NCBI GenBank assembly: GCA_046497465.1
Contig: JAWOFO010000042.1
Location: forward strand, 64,651-128,650
Source of the DNA: Desulfobia sp.
GTDB taxonomy: Bacteria; Desulfobacterota; Desulfobulbia; Desulfobulbales; SURF-16
DNA length: 64,000 nt
Reading direction: 5' to 3'
In this document: piece after piece, positions 55,252 through 64,000 of the stretch
Numbering within the stretch: position 1 is the first letter of the stretch
How the letters are laid out: the number at the start of each line of letters is the position of its first letter
The notes under the pieces: model-generated
What the model saw: only the letters and a program-made list of their open reading frames with translations
What the model was told of the DNA's origin: nothing
Database searches by the model: none
Translations under genes and position numbers: made by a program

Positions 55252-56224
55252 AAAACTGCTTGAGGCGAAGAAGATTGTGGTGGCGGCCCATATCTATCCG
55301 GACTGTGACGCTCTGGGATCTCAGCTTGCCCTGGGAGAGATTCTTGTTTCTTTGCAGAAGGAAGTCACGCTTTTTATTGAAGAGCCGGTGAGCCCTCACC
55401 TTGAATTTCTGCCGGGAATTGAAAAGTTGACTACTGTCCCGCCTGATCCGGATGAATTTGATTGTGCTGTCTCTCTTGACTGCGGTGATTGGCACCGGCT
55501 TGGCAAATATAAAAAAAATTTCAGTCTTATTAATCCGTTACTGGTTATAGATCATCATGCCGGGCATGAAAATTTTGGTGATTTCCGCTGGGTGGAGAAG
55601 GAGAGATCCTCTACCGCTGAAATGTTGTATGAGCTTGCTTTAGCTCTGAATATTGAACTGTCTTACAATGCATCCTATTGTCTTTATGCTGCTATTACCG
55701 CCGACAGTGGTTCATTCAGGTATCCTAATACTGGAGCCCGCACTCTGGAAGTAGCCGGGGATCTGATCAGGAGAGGAGTAAAGCCTTCCGATGTCTCTGC
55801 CCATCTCTATGATAATTTCAGCAAGAACCGGCTTCATCTCCTGCAGATCGTGCTTTCTACCCTGGAACTTTATGAGGAGGACAGGTTGGCAATCATCTCG
55901 GTCAGGCAGGAATATTTTAAGCAGACTGGGACAAATGCCGAAGATACTGAATTATTTATTAATTATCCTAGGGCATTGTTAACCGTAAAGATCGCTGGTT
56001 TTATCAAAGAAACTACTGACAATTTAATCAGTGTAAGTCTTCGTTCTAAAGAGAATTATAATGTTGGCAGGGTAGCTCGTAAGTTGGGTGGGGGCGGGCA
56101 TTTAAATGCAGCAGGATTTAAAGTTCCTGGAGGAGAAATAGAAGGTGTCAGACAGACATTGCTAAAGGAACTTTCTCCTCTTTTAATGGAAAGCGGGAAG
56201 TGTGAAGTGGATGCTGAAGGCTGA
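55211..56224 (+). CDS. nrnA: DHH/DHHA1 phosphoesterase, NrnA-like (oligoribonuclease / pAp phosphatase)
   Basis: 337 aa with the motifs AHIYPDCDALGS, DHH (VIDHHAGHE) and GGGHLNAAGF (DHHA1). Confidence 0.8.
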   Translation: MNTRMEPALKTIVEKLLEAKKIVVAAHIYPDCDALGSQLALGEILVSLQKEVTLFIEEPVSPHLEFLPGIEKLTTVPPDPDEFDCAVSLDCGDWHRLGKYKKNFSLINPLLVIDHHAGHENFGDFRWVEKERSSTAEMLYELALALNIELSYNASYCLYAAITADSGSFRYPNTGARTLEVAGDLIRRGVKPSDVSAHLYDNFSKNRLHLLQIVLSTLELYEEDRLAIISVRQEYFKQTGTNAEDTELFINYPRALLTVKIAGFIKETTDNLISVSLRSKENYNVGRVARKLGGGGHLNAAGFKVPGGEIEGVRQTLLKELSPLLMESGKCEVDAEG

Positions 56225-56239
56225 CGGGTTTAGCAGGCA

Positions 56240-57004
56240 GTGAGTGACAGTAACTTACAAACAGTCAGTGGTGTACTATTAATAGATAAACCGGTTGGCC
56301 CAACATCTTTCAGAATGGTTCAACTTGTCCGGCGGGCTTTGGGGATTAAAAAGGTTGGTCATGCCGGTACTCTTGATCCTTTTGCCTCTGGTCTGTTGGT
56401 TGTTTGTGTCGGCCGGCCGGCGACCCGCCTGGTTTCAGGGTTTATGGCAGGGAATAAGGTATATGATGCCACTCTGCAACTCGGAGTTGAGACTGATACT
56501 AAGGATCATACCGGCAATATTATATCTGAATCAGCAGTACCGGTAATGGATCATTATAAGATTGAGAAATGCTTGGGCCTCTTTGAGGGCAGGCTGATGC
56601 AGACTCCGCCGTCGTATTCCGGCCTGAAATACAAAGGGAAGCCCTTATACTACTATGCCAGAAAAGGAGAAGAGGTTGTCAAGGAGCCACGGGAAGTCTG
56701 GATAAGCTCTATTGATTTAATTTTTCTAGGAAAAGATATATTGCGGATAAAAGTGGTCTGCAGTAAAGGTACTTATATAAGAAGCCTGGCATCTGATATA
56801 GGAGTCTCGCTGGGTTGCGGAGCTCATCTCCGTAAGTTAAGGCGTCTCAGAAGCGGTTATTTTTCAGTTAATAACAGTTTGCCTGGGGATAAACTGGATG
56901 CGGACCGTGAAGCGGTAAGGGATTTGCTTATATCCAATATGTTACCGGTTGAGAGCCAGCCGGAGTTGCATGCTGAGGATTTCAATTCAGATGAAAGAAG
57001 ATAG
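56240..57004 (+). CDS. truB: tRNA pseudouridine(55) synthase
   Basis: GVLLIDKPVGPTSF...KKVGHAGTLDPFASGLLVVCVG (catalytic Asp motif) and the QTPPSYSGLKYKGKPLY block identify TruB. It has a GTG start. Confidence 0.9.
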   Translation: MSDSNLQTVSGVLLIDKPVGPTSFRMVQLVRRALGIKKVGHAGTLDPFASGLLVVCVGRPATRLVSGFMAGNKVYDATLQLGVETDTKDHTGNIISESAVPVMDHYKIEKCLGLFEGRLMQTPPSYSGLKYKGKPLYYYARKGEEVVKEPREVWISSIDLIFLGKDILRIKVVCSKGTYIRSLASDIGVSLGCGAHLRKLRRLRSGYFSVNNSLPGDKLDADREAVRDLLISNMLPVESQPELHAEDFNSDERR

Positions 57005-57054
57005 TTGAAGTAGAATAACAGAATTTAGTTGAAAAATACCAGGAGGTTGTAAAC

Positions 57055-57324
57055 GTGGGATTAGAAACCGCCAAGAAAAAGGAAATTATCAATAAGTTTG
57101 GCAACCATGACAGTGATACCGGTTCTCCGGAGGTACAGGTTGCCCTGTTAAGTGCCCGGATTGCTTATTTAACAGAACATTTTAAAAGCCACAAAAAGGA
57201 CCACCATTCCCGGAGAGGTCTTTTGAAACTGGTTGGCCAGCGTCGCAGTTTGCTGCAATATCTCAAGAAAATAGATATTGAGCGTTACCGGGCTATTATT
57301 AAGCAGCTGGGTATACGTAAATAG
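57055..57324 (+). CDS. rpsO: 30S ribosomal protein S15
   Basis: 89 aa. The sequence [50 protein letters not shown] is canonical S15. Confidence 0.95.
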   Translation: MGLETAKKKEIINKFGNHDSDTGSPEVQVALLSARIAYLTEHFKSHKKDHHSRRGLLKLVGQRRSLLQYLKKIDIERYRAIIKQLGIRK

Positions 57325-57388
57325 GTTTATTAATTACCAGCTGGAAGTGTTTAACAGTGTTTAACTCGTAATTCCCAAAGGAATTAGT

Positions 57389-59482
57389 ATGTATAAAAAA
57401 GTTGAGGTTGAATTAAGTGGTCGTACTCTTACCATTGAAACCGGTAAGATTGCCAAACAGGCTAATGGTTCGGCTGTGGTTACCTATGGAGGAACAGTTG
57501 TTCTGGTTACTGCAGTTACGAGTAGAAAGCCGAAAGAAAATGTGGATTTCCTGCCCCTGACCGTCGAGTATCAGGAACGTTTTTATGCGGTGGGGCAGAT
57601 TCCGGGCAGTTTTTTCCGCAGAGAAATAGGCCGCCCCAGTGAGAAAGAGACCCTGACGAGCCGTTTGATAGACCGTCCCCTGCGGCCTCTGTTTCCCGAA
57701 GGCTACAACAGGGAAACTCAGATTATTGCCACAGTTTTATCTGCGGATCAGGAAAATGATCCGGACACTCTTGCCATGCTGGGAGCATCTGCGGCTCTCA
57801 CTATTTCCGATATTCCCTTTAACGGTCCTATAGCCGGGATCCGGGTAGGCATGATTGATGGGGAGTATGTAATAAATCCCACCGGTAGTGAGCTCAAGAA
57901 GTCATCGATGGAGCTTATTGTAGCCGGTACCAGTAAGGCATTGGTCATGGTGGAAGGCGGTGCTGACAGTGTAAGTGAGGAAAAAATTCTCTCAGGATTA
58001 TTTCTGGGCCATGAGAGCTTACAGTCCCTGATTGATTTACAGAATAAATTGGGCAGTGAATTAGGCCGTGAGAAGATCAATTTTGAAAGTCCGGTTGTAG
58101 ATGAGGTCCTGCGGGATAAAGTGGTCCGGATTGCCGGTATTGGTATGGAAGAGATTATTAACATAGCAGATAAAATGGAGCGCTCAAAAGTTTTCCATGA
58201 ATTGGAAGCTCGAGTATTGAGTGATCTGGAAGAAGAGGGGTCAGGATTCGATAGACATAGGGAAGCCAGTACCATTCTGCAGGATTTGAAGAAAGACATG
58301 ATGCGTAAACAGATTATTGAGAAAAAAGAGCGTATCGATGCCAGGGCATTTGATGAGATAAGGCCGATCAATATGGAAGTATCTTTATTGCCCAGGGCCC
58401 ATGGCTCTGCCCTTTTTACCAGGGGAGAGACTCAGGTTCTGGCAACAGCCACTCTGGGAAGCGGAGAGGATGAACAGTTAATGGAAACTCTGGAGGGGAT
58501 ATCTTATCGTCAGTTTATGCTTCATTACAATTTTCCTCCTTTCTGTGTAGGTGAGACCCGTTTCATGAGGGGGCCAAGCCGGAGAGACATAGGTCATGGA
58601 GCACTTGCCGGCAGAGCTCTTCAGGCGGTACTCCCGGAGGCTGAAGAATTCCCTTATACTATAAGAGTAGTATCAGATGTCATGGAATCCAACGGTTCTT
58701 CCTCTATGGCCACAGTCTGTGGAGGCAGTCTGGCTTTAATGGATGCAGGTATTCCTATTAAAAAACCGGTATCAGGTCTTGCTATGGGACTTATTAAGGA
58801 GCGTGATGAGGTTGTTATCCTCTCCGATATCCTTGGCGATGAAGATCATCTTGGAGATATGGATTTCAAGGTGTGCGGCACGGAGGAAGGTATTACAGCC
58901 CTGCAGATGGATATCAAGATAGAAGGGGTTTCACGGGATATTATGGCCCGGGCTCTGGAACAGGCCAGGGAAGGCCGTCTTCACGTTTTGGCTAAGATGG
59001 CGGAAACTATTGAAATGCACAGGGATGAACTGCCGGCTCATGCCCCCCGGATATTCACCCTTACTATTAATCCGGATAAGATCAAAGACGTCATCGGTCC
59101 TGGCGGCAAGGTGATTAAAGGATTAAGCAGTGAATTCAATGTGAAAATAGATATAGATGATTCCGGCAAGATCAAGATATTTGCCTCTAATGGCGAGGTG
59201 GCAAAAGAGGTGGTAAAGAAGATAGAAGAAATTACCGCTGAAGCTGAAGTGGGCAAGATATATACCGGCATTGTTCAGAAGATAGTTGATTTTGGTGCCT
59301 TTGTAGAGATTCTGCCTGGTACGGATGGCCTGGTGCATATCTCTGAATTGGAAAATCACAGAGTAAATAAAGTAACTGACGTCCTGAAAGAAGGCGATGA
59401 GGTCAAGGTCAAGGTTCTTGCCATTGATGATAGGGGTAAGATAAAGCTCAGCAGAAAGGCACTACTTGTCGAACAAAAGTAA
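57389..59482 (+). CDS. pnp: polyribonucleotide nucleotidyltransferase (PNPase)
   Basis: 697 aa with two RNase PH domains (FPPFCVGE, GSSSMATVCGGSLALMDAGIP), then KH and S1 domains (GIVQKIVDFGAFVEILPGTDGLVHISEL). Confidence 0.95.
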   Translation: MYKKVEVELSGRTLTIETGKIAKQANGSAVVTYGGTVVLVTAVTSRKPKENVDFLPLTVEYQERFYAVGQIPGSFFRREIGRPSEKETLTSRLIDRPLRPLFPEGYNRETQIIATVLSADQENDPDTLAMLGASAALTISDIPFNGPIAGIRVGMIDGEYVINPTGSELKKSSMELIVAGTSKALVMVEGGADSVSEEKILSGLFLGHESLQSLIDLQNKLGSELGREKINFESPVVDEVLRDKVVRIAGIGMEEIINIADKMERSKVFHELEARVLSDLEEEGSGFDRHREASTILQDLKKDMMRKQIIEKKERIDARAFDEIRPINMEVSLLPRAHGSALFTRGETQVLATATLGSGEDEQLMETLEGISYRQFMLHYNFPPFCVGETRFMRGPSRRDIGHGALAGRALQAVLPEAEEFPYTIRVVSDVMESNGSSSMATVCGGSLALMDAGIPIKKPVSGLAMGLIKERDEVVILSDILGDEDHLGDMDFKVCGTEEGITALQMDIKIEGVSRDIMARALEQAREGRLHVLAKMAETIEMHRDELPAHAPRIFTLTINPDKIKDVIGPGGKVIKGLSSEFNVKIDIDDSGKIKIFASNGEVAKEVVKKIEEITAEAEVGKIYTGIVQKIVDFGAFVEILPGTDGLVHISELENHRVNKVTDVLKEGDEVKVKVLAIDDRGKIKLSRKALLVEQK

Positions 59483-59532
59483 TTTTTCACAGAGGCTGCT
59501 TACTTAGGGCGACCATCTGTCTTAATCGTATC

Positions 59533-59997
59533 TTGCTTATGCCTGATTACACAACCCTGCAAATTTCCTGGCTTGATTATCAAAAGAGTTCAGATCTGCC
59601 ATTCCCCGCCCGTCATTCTGATCTCGCCGCCGGCCTTGATGTGGCTGCTGCCGTTGAAGAGGATATTATCATGGAGCCTGGTGAGATCAGGGTTATTGCC
59701 AGTGGTTTTTCAGTGGCCATTCCCGAAGGGTATGAAATCCAGATAAGGCCGCGCAGTGGACTTGCTGTAAAACATGGTATTACTGTGGTTAACAGTCCCG
59801 GTACGATTGATGCCGATTATCGTGGTGAGGTTAAAATAGGTCTTATTAATCTGGGTAGATCATCTTTTGTTATAAGGCGAGGAGATCGAATCGCCCAGAT
59901 GGTAATGGCCCCGGTTACCCGGGCAGTGATACAGGTTGTTGAGCAGTTATCCGAAAGCAGGCGTCAGGATGGCGGATTCGGTCATACAGGAATTTAA
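59533..59997 (+). CDS. dut: dUTP diphosphatase
   Basis: The motifs AAGLDV, RPRSGLAVKHGI, NSPGTIDADYRGEV and GGFGHTG are the five Dut motifs. The first ATG is at 59539; the ORF track starts at a TTG at 59533. Confidence 0.9.
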   Translation: MLMPDYTTLQISWLDYQKSSDLPFPARHSDLAAGLDVAAAVEEDIIMEPGEIRVIASGFSVAIPEGYEIQIRPRSGLAVKHGITVVNSPGTIDADYRGEVKIGLINLGRSSFVIRRGDRIAQMVMAPVTRAVIQVVEQLSESRRQDGGFGHTGI

Positions 59998-60063
59998 AAG
60001 AATTATGAATTACGAAGGCCGGCATTTTCTATTTTTTGGGTAACAAAGAAGGATTGGGATGAA

Positions 60064-60846
60064 ATGAAATTCTGTGTACTGGGAAGTGGTAGCAAGGGTA
60101 ACTCTACTTATGTTGAGGCGGGCGGGGTTTCACTTTTGATTGACGCCGGTTTTTCCGGAAAGGAAATCGAGAGACGGCTTGCTGTAATTGAGAGGGATAT
60201 GAGAGATATTGATGCCCTCCTTCTCAGCCATGAACATAATGATCATCTTAAAGGAGCAGCCGTTCTGGCTCGCAGATATAATATACCTATTATTACCACC
60301 CAGGCAACCTTTGCCGCCGGTAGCCAGTTACTGGGAGAAGTCCCTTTCTACCAGGAGTGCAGGGCTGGTACATCTTTTTATTTTGATGATATTAGTATTC
60401 ATCCCTTTCGGATTTCCCATGATTGCGTTGATCCGGTTGGTTTTGTTCTTGAACACGATTCAATATCTTTGGGCTATTGTACAGATACCGGCATGGTTTC
60501 CCGTCTGATGTCTCACCGCCTGGCAGGTTGCCATGGTTTGATATTTGAAAGTAATCATGATCAGGAGATGTTGAAAAACGGTCCTTATCCTTTTAAATTA
60601 AAACAGCGGGTTTCTTCTAATAAAGGACATCTCACTAACGTAGAAGCAGCCTCTTTTTTGAGCAGCCTTCTTCACCCTGGTCTGAAACATATTATTCTGG
60701 CCCATTTAAGCGAGACTAATAACGACCCTTCTCTGGCTTACGATGTGGTCATGGAAGAGTTTGAAAGAGAATGGTCTGCCGGAAAACCCTGCCCTGAAAT
60801 ATCACTGGCCCGTCAGGACAGACCAGGGGAGTTTTTTCAGCTTTAA
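60064..60846 (+). CDS. MBL-fold metallo-hydrolase
   Basis: 260 aa with LLIDAG, the HxHxDH motif (SHEHNDHLKG), and downstream His/Asp ligands (ESNHD, AHLS). Confidence 0.8.
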   Translation: MKFCVLGSGSKGNSTYVEAGGVSLLIDAGFSGKEIERRLAVIERDMRDIDALLLSHEHNDHLKGAAVLARRYNIPIITTQATFAAGSQLLGEVPFYQECRAGTSFYFDDISIHPFRISHDCVDPVGFVLEHDSISLGYCTDTGMVSRLMSHRLAGCHGLIFESNHDQEMLKNGPYPFKLKQRVSSNKGHLTNVEAASFLSSLLHPGLKHIILAHLSETNNDPSLAYDVVMEEFEREWSAGKPCPEISLARQDRPGEFFQL

Positions 60847-60865
60847 GCAGGGGCTAGTGAATGGA

Positions 60866-61654
60866 ATGAACCACCTCAAGCGTTATTGGCGGCTGGGTGT
60901 CCCCTCTTTTGTTCTGCCGGCTGAGGTTTCTGATAATGTGCTCTTTTTGGCAGACAAAGTCGATGATGTCCAGCTTCTTTTTTTTGAGTCTCCTGCCAGA
61001 AGCAGATTACCGCATCAGCTTGATATAGAACTGCTCAAAACCCTTGCCGTAGAGCACGACCTCAGTTATACAGTTCATCTGCCCCTGGACTTGAGGTTGA
61101 CCAGTCCCGCTGCTGTTGAAAGATCAGAGTCGGTCGAGGAGATCAGCCGGATTGTCGAAAAAGTCTCGGAGCTGTCGCCGCTCAGTTTTGATCTGCATCT
61201 GGATTATTACCATGAGAATGAGAAAGAAGAATGGCTTAGGGCTGTAGATTTTTCTTTGGCCCTTTTGTCCAGGGAACTTGGGGATTGGGCCTCGAGGATT
61301 GCTGTGGAAAATACTTATTACCCTTTTTATGAGGTACGTTCCCTGGTCCTTAGCCACGGTTTATCTCTCTGTCTTGATTTTGGTCATGCCCTGTATTACG
61401 GGGATGATATTGCCAGAATGATTGAAGATATCCCTCAGGCTGTCCATATCCATTATCATGGCGTGGAGGACAGGGATCATAGGGTCTTGACTGGCAGGCA
61501 GCGTGATTTAACAGTAAGAATAGGGCAGGGGATGCGGGCCTGCAATTATGATGGAGTCTTTACTCTGGAAGTCTATGATTTGGCGGCAGTGGAAAAGTCT
61601 TTGCTTGAATTGTCAGTGGCTTGGGAGATGGATAGTGGGAAATGGAAGGTATAA
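60866..61654 (+). CDS. xylose-isomerase-like TIM-barrel (AP endonuclease 2 family) protein, CbiR-like candidate cobamide-remodelling phosphodiesterase
   Basis: About 262 aa from the ATG at 60866. It has a TIM-barrel pattern with metal-ligand-like positions (VHLP, DLHLD, AVEN, DFGHA, HYHG). It sits immediately upstream of, and overlaps, cobT. The functional call rests on family resemblance plus context only. Confidence 0.55.
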   Translation: MNHLKRYWRLGVPSFVLPAEVSDNVLFLADKVDDVQLLFFESPARSRLPHQLDIELLKTLAVEHDLSYTVHLPLDLRLTSPAAVERSESVEEISRIVEKVSELSPLSFDLHLDYYHENEKEEWLRAVDFSLALLSRELGDWASRIAVENTYYPFYEVRSLVLSHGLSLCLDFGHALYYGDDIARMIEDIPQAVHIHYHGVEDRDHRVLTGRQRDLTVRIGQGMRACNYDGVFTLEVYDLAAVEKSLLELSVAWEMDSGKWKV

Positions 61655-62748
61655 CGATTTTGAGAGATAATATGTTTTCCAGACAGGACCTGAATGATCT
61701 GTTGGCCTGGATAGAGCCGGTTGATCAAGAAATCATGCGAGAGGCCGCCAGGCGGCTGGATAACAAGACCAAGCCTCCGGGCAGTCTGGGGATGCTTGAG
61801 GAGCTGGCCTGCCGTATGTGCGGAGTACAACGCAGTCTTAGCCCTTGCGCCGCCGGTAAAGTTATTCTGATCTTTGTCGGAGATCATGGGGTGACCAGTA
61901 ATGGTGTCAGTTGTATACCAAAGGAAGTCACCAGGCAGATGGTTTATAATTTTTTGAACGGTGGGGCTGGAGTAAATGTTCTGGCCAGGCATGTAGGTGC
62001 TGAAGTTCGGGTTGTTGATGTTGGAGTGGATGGAGATTTTGAGGTCGGCGGCCTGATCAGGGCAAAAGTGAAAAGGGGAACTGAAAATCTGGCTCTGGGC
62101 CCGGCTATGACCGTTAAAGAGACTCTGGCTGCTGTTGGGGTCGGGGTGAAGACAGCCGGGCAGGCTATCATAGATGGAGCTGATATTATAGGTACAGGGG
62201 ATATGGGCATAGGGAATACTACTCCCTCGGCGGCCCTTTTTTCGGCCCTGCTTGCCGCTAGTCCGGAGTCGGTAACCGGTCGGGGGGCAGGTTTGAATGA
62301 AAACGGCCTGGCCCAAAAAATTACCGTCGTCAGAAAAGGTTTGGAGGTCAACAGCTCTCTTATCAGCCAAGGTCCTCTGGAAGCCTTGGCAGCAGTTGGC
62401 GGTTTTGAGATCGCCGCTATCTGCGGAGTAGTTTTGGAATGCGCCCGGCAGAAAGTTCCGGTGGTAGTGGACGGCTTTATTTCCAGTGCCGGAGCCCTGA
62501 TCGCCTTAAAGATGAAAAGAGAGGTGAAAGATTACTGTTTTTTCAGTCATTGTTCAGCAGAGCAGGGTCACCGGATTTTTCTGGAGAAGATGGGGATAAA
62601 ACCGATTTTAGATCTTGATATGCGTCTCGGTGAAGGCACCGGTGCAGCCCTGGCCATGGGCATAATTGAAGCCGGAATAAAGATACTTATAGAGATGGCG
62701 ACTTTTGAGGAGGCCGGGATAAACCTTGGAAGTGAGATAAAAGTATAA
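61642..62748 (+). CDS. cobT: nicotinate-nucleotide--dimethylbenzimidazole phosphoribosyltransferase
   Basis: 368 aa. KTKPPGSLGMLEELA, GDHGV, GDMGIGNTTPSAA and MRLGEGTGAALA are the CobT hallmarks. Confidence 0.9.
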   Translation: MEGITILRDNMFSRQDLNDLLAWIEPVDQEIMREAARRLDNKTKPPGSLGMLEELACRMCGVQRSLSPCAAGKVILIFVGDHGVTSNGVSCIPKEVTRQMVYNFLNGGAGVNVLARHVGAEVRVVDVGVDGDFEVGGLIRAKVKRGTENLALGPAMTVKETLAAVGVGVKTAGQAIIDGADIIGTGDMGIGNTTPSAALFSALLAASPESVTGRGAGLNENGLAQKITVVRKGLEVNSSLISQGPLEALAAVGGFEIAAICGVVLECARQKVPVVVDGFISSAGALIALKMKREVKDYCFFSHCSAEQGHRIFLEKMGIKPILDLDMRLGEGTGAALAMGIIEAGIKILIEMATFEEAGINLGSEIKV

Positions 62749-62816
62749 AGATTAAAATCAGAGATCAATGGACTACTCGATCATCTACATTACCATAATA
62801 AACTGAAAGCTAAGAA

Positions 62817-62957
62817 TTCAACTTTCCGGATTGATCTATCTGGTATGATATAACGTGCAAATTTAGGGGTGCTTGACGGTTGGTATGTTTATTCAGGAAC
62901 ATTGTGCAGTGTCTGTTATCTGAAATCATAATAGTTCTCTCAAGTCGGAAAGTTGAG
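62817..62957. mobile_element. MITE-like nonautonomous element, copy 2 (141 bp), inserted between cobT and cobS
   Basis: Same arms as copy 1, with terminal inverted repeats tcaactttccggattga / tcaagtcggaaagttga (15/17). It is flanked by ctaag on both sides (62810-62814 and 62958-62962). The internal 27-nt core (62875-62901) is the exact reverse complement of the copy-1 core (35989-36015). Confidence 0.6.
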
Positions 62958-62983
62958 CTAAGGAAAAATTCGGTGAAAAGTTA

Positions 62984-63751
62984 ATGAGTAATCCCTTACG
63001 GCACATGGCCCTGGCCATTTCGTTTTTAACTATAAGCCCTCTGCCTGTTGATGAGGTATCTCCTGAAGATATTAGGCGAAGCAGTGTATTTTTCCCGCTT
63101 GCCGGCTGGCTGATCGGGGGGATAATGGCTTTTTGTGCCCTGGGCCTGGCTGGGGCAGGGGTAAACCCTCTTCTGGGAGGAGCGGTATTGATCTCGATCC
63201 AGGCCTGGTTTACCCGTGGTCTTCATCTTGACGGGGTCGCAGATTTGTGTGACGGCCTTGGTGGGGGCCGTGATTCGGAAGAGCGTCTGGCCATTATGAA
63301 GGATTCGGCAACCGGGGCTTTCGGGGTAACGGGATTGGTTTTAACTCTTGTTCTCAAGGTGGCGGGAGTGGCTGTAATGCTGGAGAAGGAGTTGTTTTTA
63401 TTTATTGCTTTTATCCCGGCTGCTGCCCGCTGGGCTATCATTGTCCTGTGCTGGTGCTCTGTTTATCCCCGTAAAGGAGGAACCGGCCATACTTTTGTAG
63501 GCCGGATTACAGGCAAGGAGGTCCTGCTCGGCTTTCTCTGGCTGCTGCCCTTTTTTATACTGGCGGAGTGTTTACAGTTTTATGCCTTGTTAGATGTTCT
63601 GGCAGTATTGGTCTGCACGTTGCTTCCCGCCTGTTATTTAAGAGTCAGGGGACGTAAACTGTTGGGTGGGGTAACCGGGGACCTTCTCGGGGCTTCCTGT
63701 GAGTTTGGCGAAGTCCTGTCTTTTGCTGCGGCCCCTGTTTTATTGATATAA
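62984..63751 (+). CDS. cobS: adenosylcobinamide-GDP ribazoletransferase (cobalamin synthase)
   Basis: 255-aa polytopic membrane protein. The blocks FLTISPLP, TRGLHLDGVADLCDGL and GGVTGDLLGA are the CobS signature. Confidence 0.9.
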   Translation: MSNPLRHMALAISFLTISPLPVDEVSPEDIRRSSVFFPLAGWLIGGIMAFCALGLAGAGVNPLLGGAVLISIQAWFTRGLHLDGVADLCDGLGGGRDSEERLAIMKDSATGAFGVTGLVLTLVLKVAGVAVMLEKELFLFIAFIPAAARWAIIVLCWCSVYPRKGGTGHTFVGRITGKEVLLGFLWLLPFFILAECLQFYALLDVLAVLVCTLLPACYLRVRGRKLLGGVTGDLLGASCEFGEVLSFAAAPVLLI

Positions 63752-63754
63752 AAA

Positions 63755-63780
63755 GCCCCCTTCCAGTTTAAGAAGGGGGC
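63755..63780 (-). terminator. hairpin terminator between convergent cobS and hsp20
   Basis: A 9-bp GC-rich stem gcccccttc / gaagggggc has an 8-nt loop. On the minus strand it is followed by ttttatat, so it fits termination of hsp20. No T-run follows on the + strand. Confidence 0.5.
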
Positions 63781-63804
63781 CGAACCTGTCGTTCTGCCGT
63801 AATA

Positions 63805-64000
63805 TTATTTAATCTGAATATTGGAAACCTTTTTCTTTGCCTCCTCTGTCTTGGGCAGTGACAGGTGCAAGACACCGTCCTTGAATGTTGCTTCTATCTT
63901 GTCCTCATCAATTTCAGCAGGTACCTGGAAGGAACGGTAAAAGGAACCTGTTGTTCTTTCTACGTAATGGTACTGCTTGTCTTCTTTTTTTTCTTCTTCT
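63805..64000 (-). CDS. Hsp20/alpha-crystallin family small heat-shock protein, C-terminal part (N-terminus off-window)
   Basis: Not in the ORF track because it is partial. The reverse-strand translation reads ...YHYVERTTGSFYRSFQVPAEIDEDKIEATFKDGVLHLSLPKTEEAKKKVSNIQIK*. This is the classic alpha-crystallin domain end (ER..G.F.R.F.LP...D...I.A...dGVL.i.lPK). Confidence 0.8.
   Translation of the reverse strand, partial: EEEKKEDKQYHYVERTTGSFYRSFQVPAEIDEDKIEATFKDGVLHLSLPKTEEAKKKVSNIQIK

Overview
This is a 64-kb chromosomal window. It reads like a sulfate-reducing deltaproteobacterium of the Desulfobulbales type. That placement is an inference from sat, a nuo operon lacking nuoEFG, and a PEP-CTERM protein; no search was run. 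All calls come from reading the ORF translations and the DNA by eye, with no database, HMM or structure search.

Most of the window is tightly packed housekeeping. In order:
- moaC (truncated at the window edge), dksA, a GalT-like gene with a coupled single-domain response regulator, a divergent folE2-like gene, glyS, a CutA-TPR fusion and gmd.
- A convergent block on the minus strand: a zinc-ribbon/pseudo-receiver gene, pilT, mltB, a DHH gene, lptD and ilvD.
- rng and aroB.
- A strongly signalled sat-orf118 bicistron, then an isolated fliS-flaG pair.
- radA, two tRNA-Ser and nhaC.
- After the accessory region: mpl, then a 13-gene complex-I-like operon with no nuoEFG and an extra antiporter-like module.
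- tRNA-Gly(CCC), then rimP-nusA-infB-rbfA-nrnA-truB-rpsO-pnp, dut and an MBL-fold hydrolase.
- A CbiR-like gene with cobT and cobS, and a truncated hsp20.

The accessory-looking region (about 26.3-36.1 kb) holds the most interesting material.
- A giant secreted protein of at least 2065 aa, about 2192 aa with its upstream extension. From the N-terminus it carries a signal peptide, a two-repeat dockerin-type module, and PKD-like and IPT/TIG-like domains.
- These are followed by about 600 aa that I cannot assign to any family, then a seven-blade FG-GAP propeller.
- The C-terminal part has three choice-of-anchor-D/ASH-like repeats, two He_PIG-like modules and a PPC-like module.
- The next gene, 36 nt downstream, encodes a small cohesin-like protein with a PEP-CTERM anchor. 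I read the pair as a candidate cohesin-dockerin surface-tethering system.
- The giant gene's only canonical start codon and signal-peptide n-region sit in a different frame. They join the main ORF only through an A7 slippery run.

Other second-look items:
- A roughly 145-bp MITE-like element with terminal inverted repeats and flanking duplications. It has two copies, one splitting cobT from cobS, and an identical 27-nt core lies in opposite orientation in the two copies.
- A pstB C-terminal relic.
- A FolE2-like protein that appears to lack the catalytic Cys/His motifs.
- A 125-bp palindromic REP-like element.

No CRISPR array, rRNA gene, intact transposase or prophage gene was seen.
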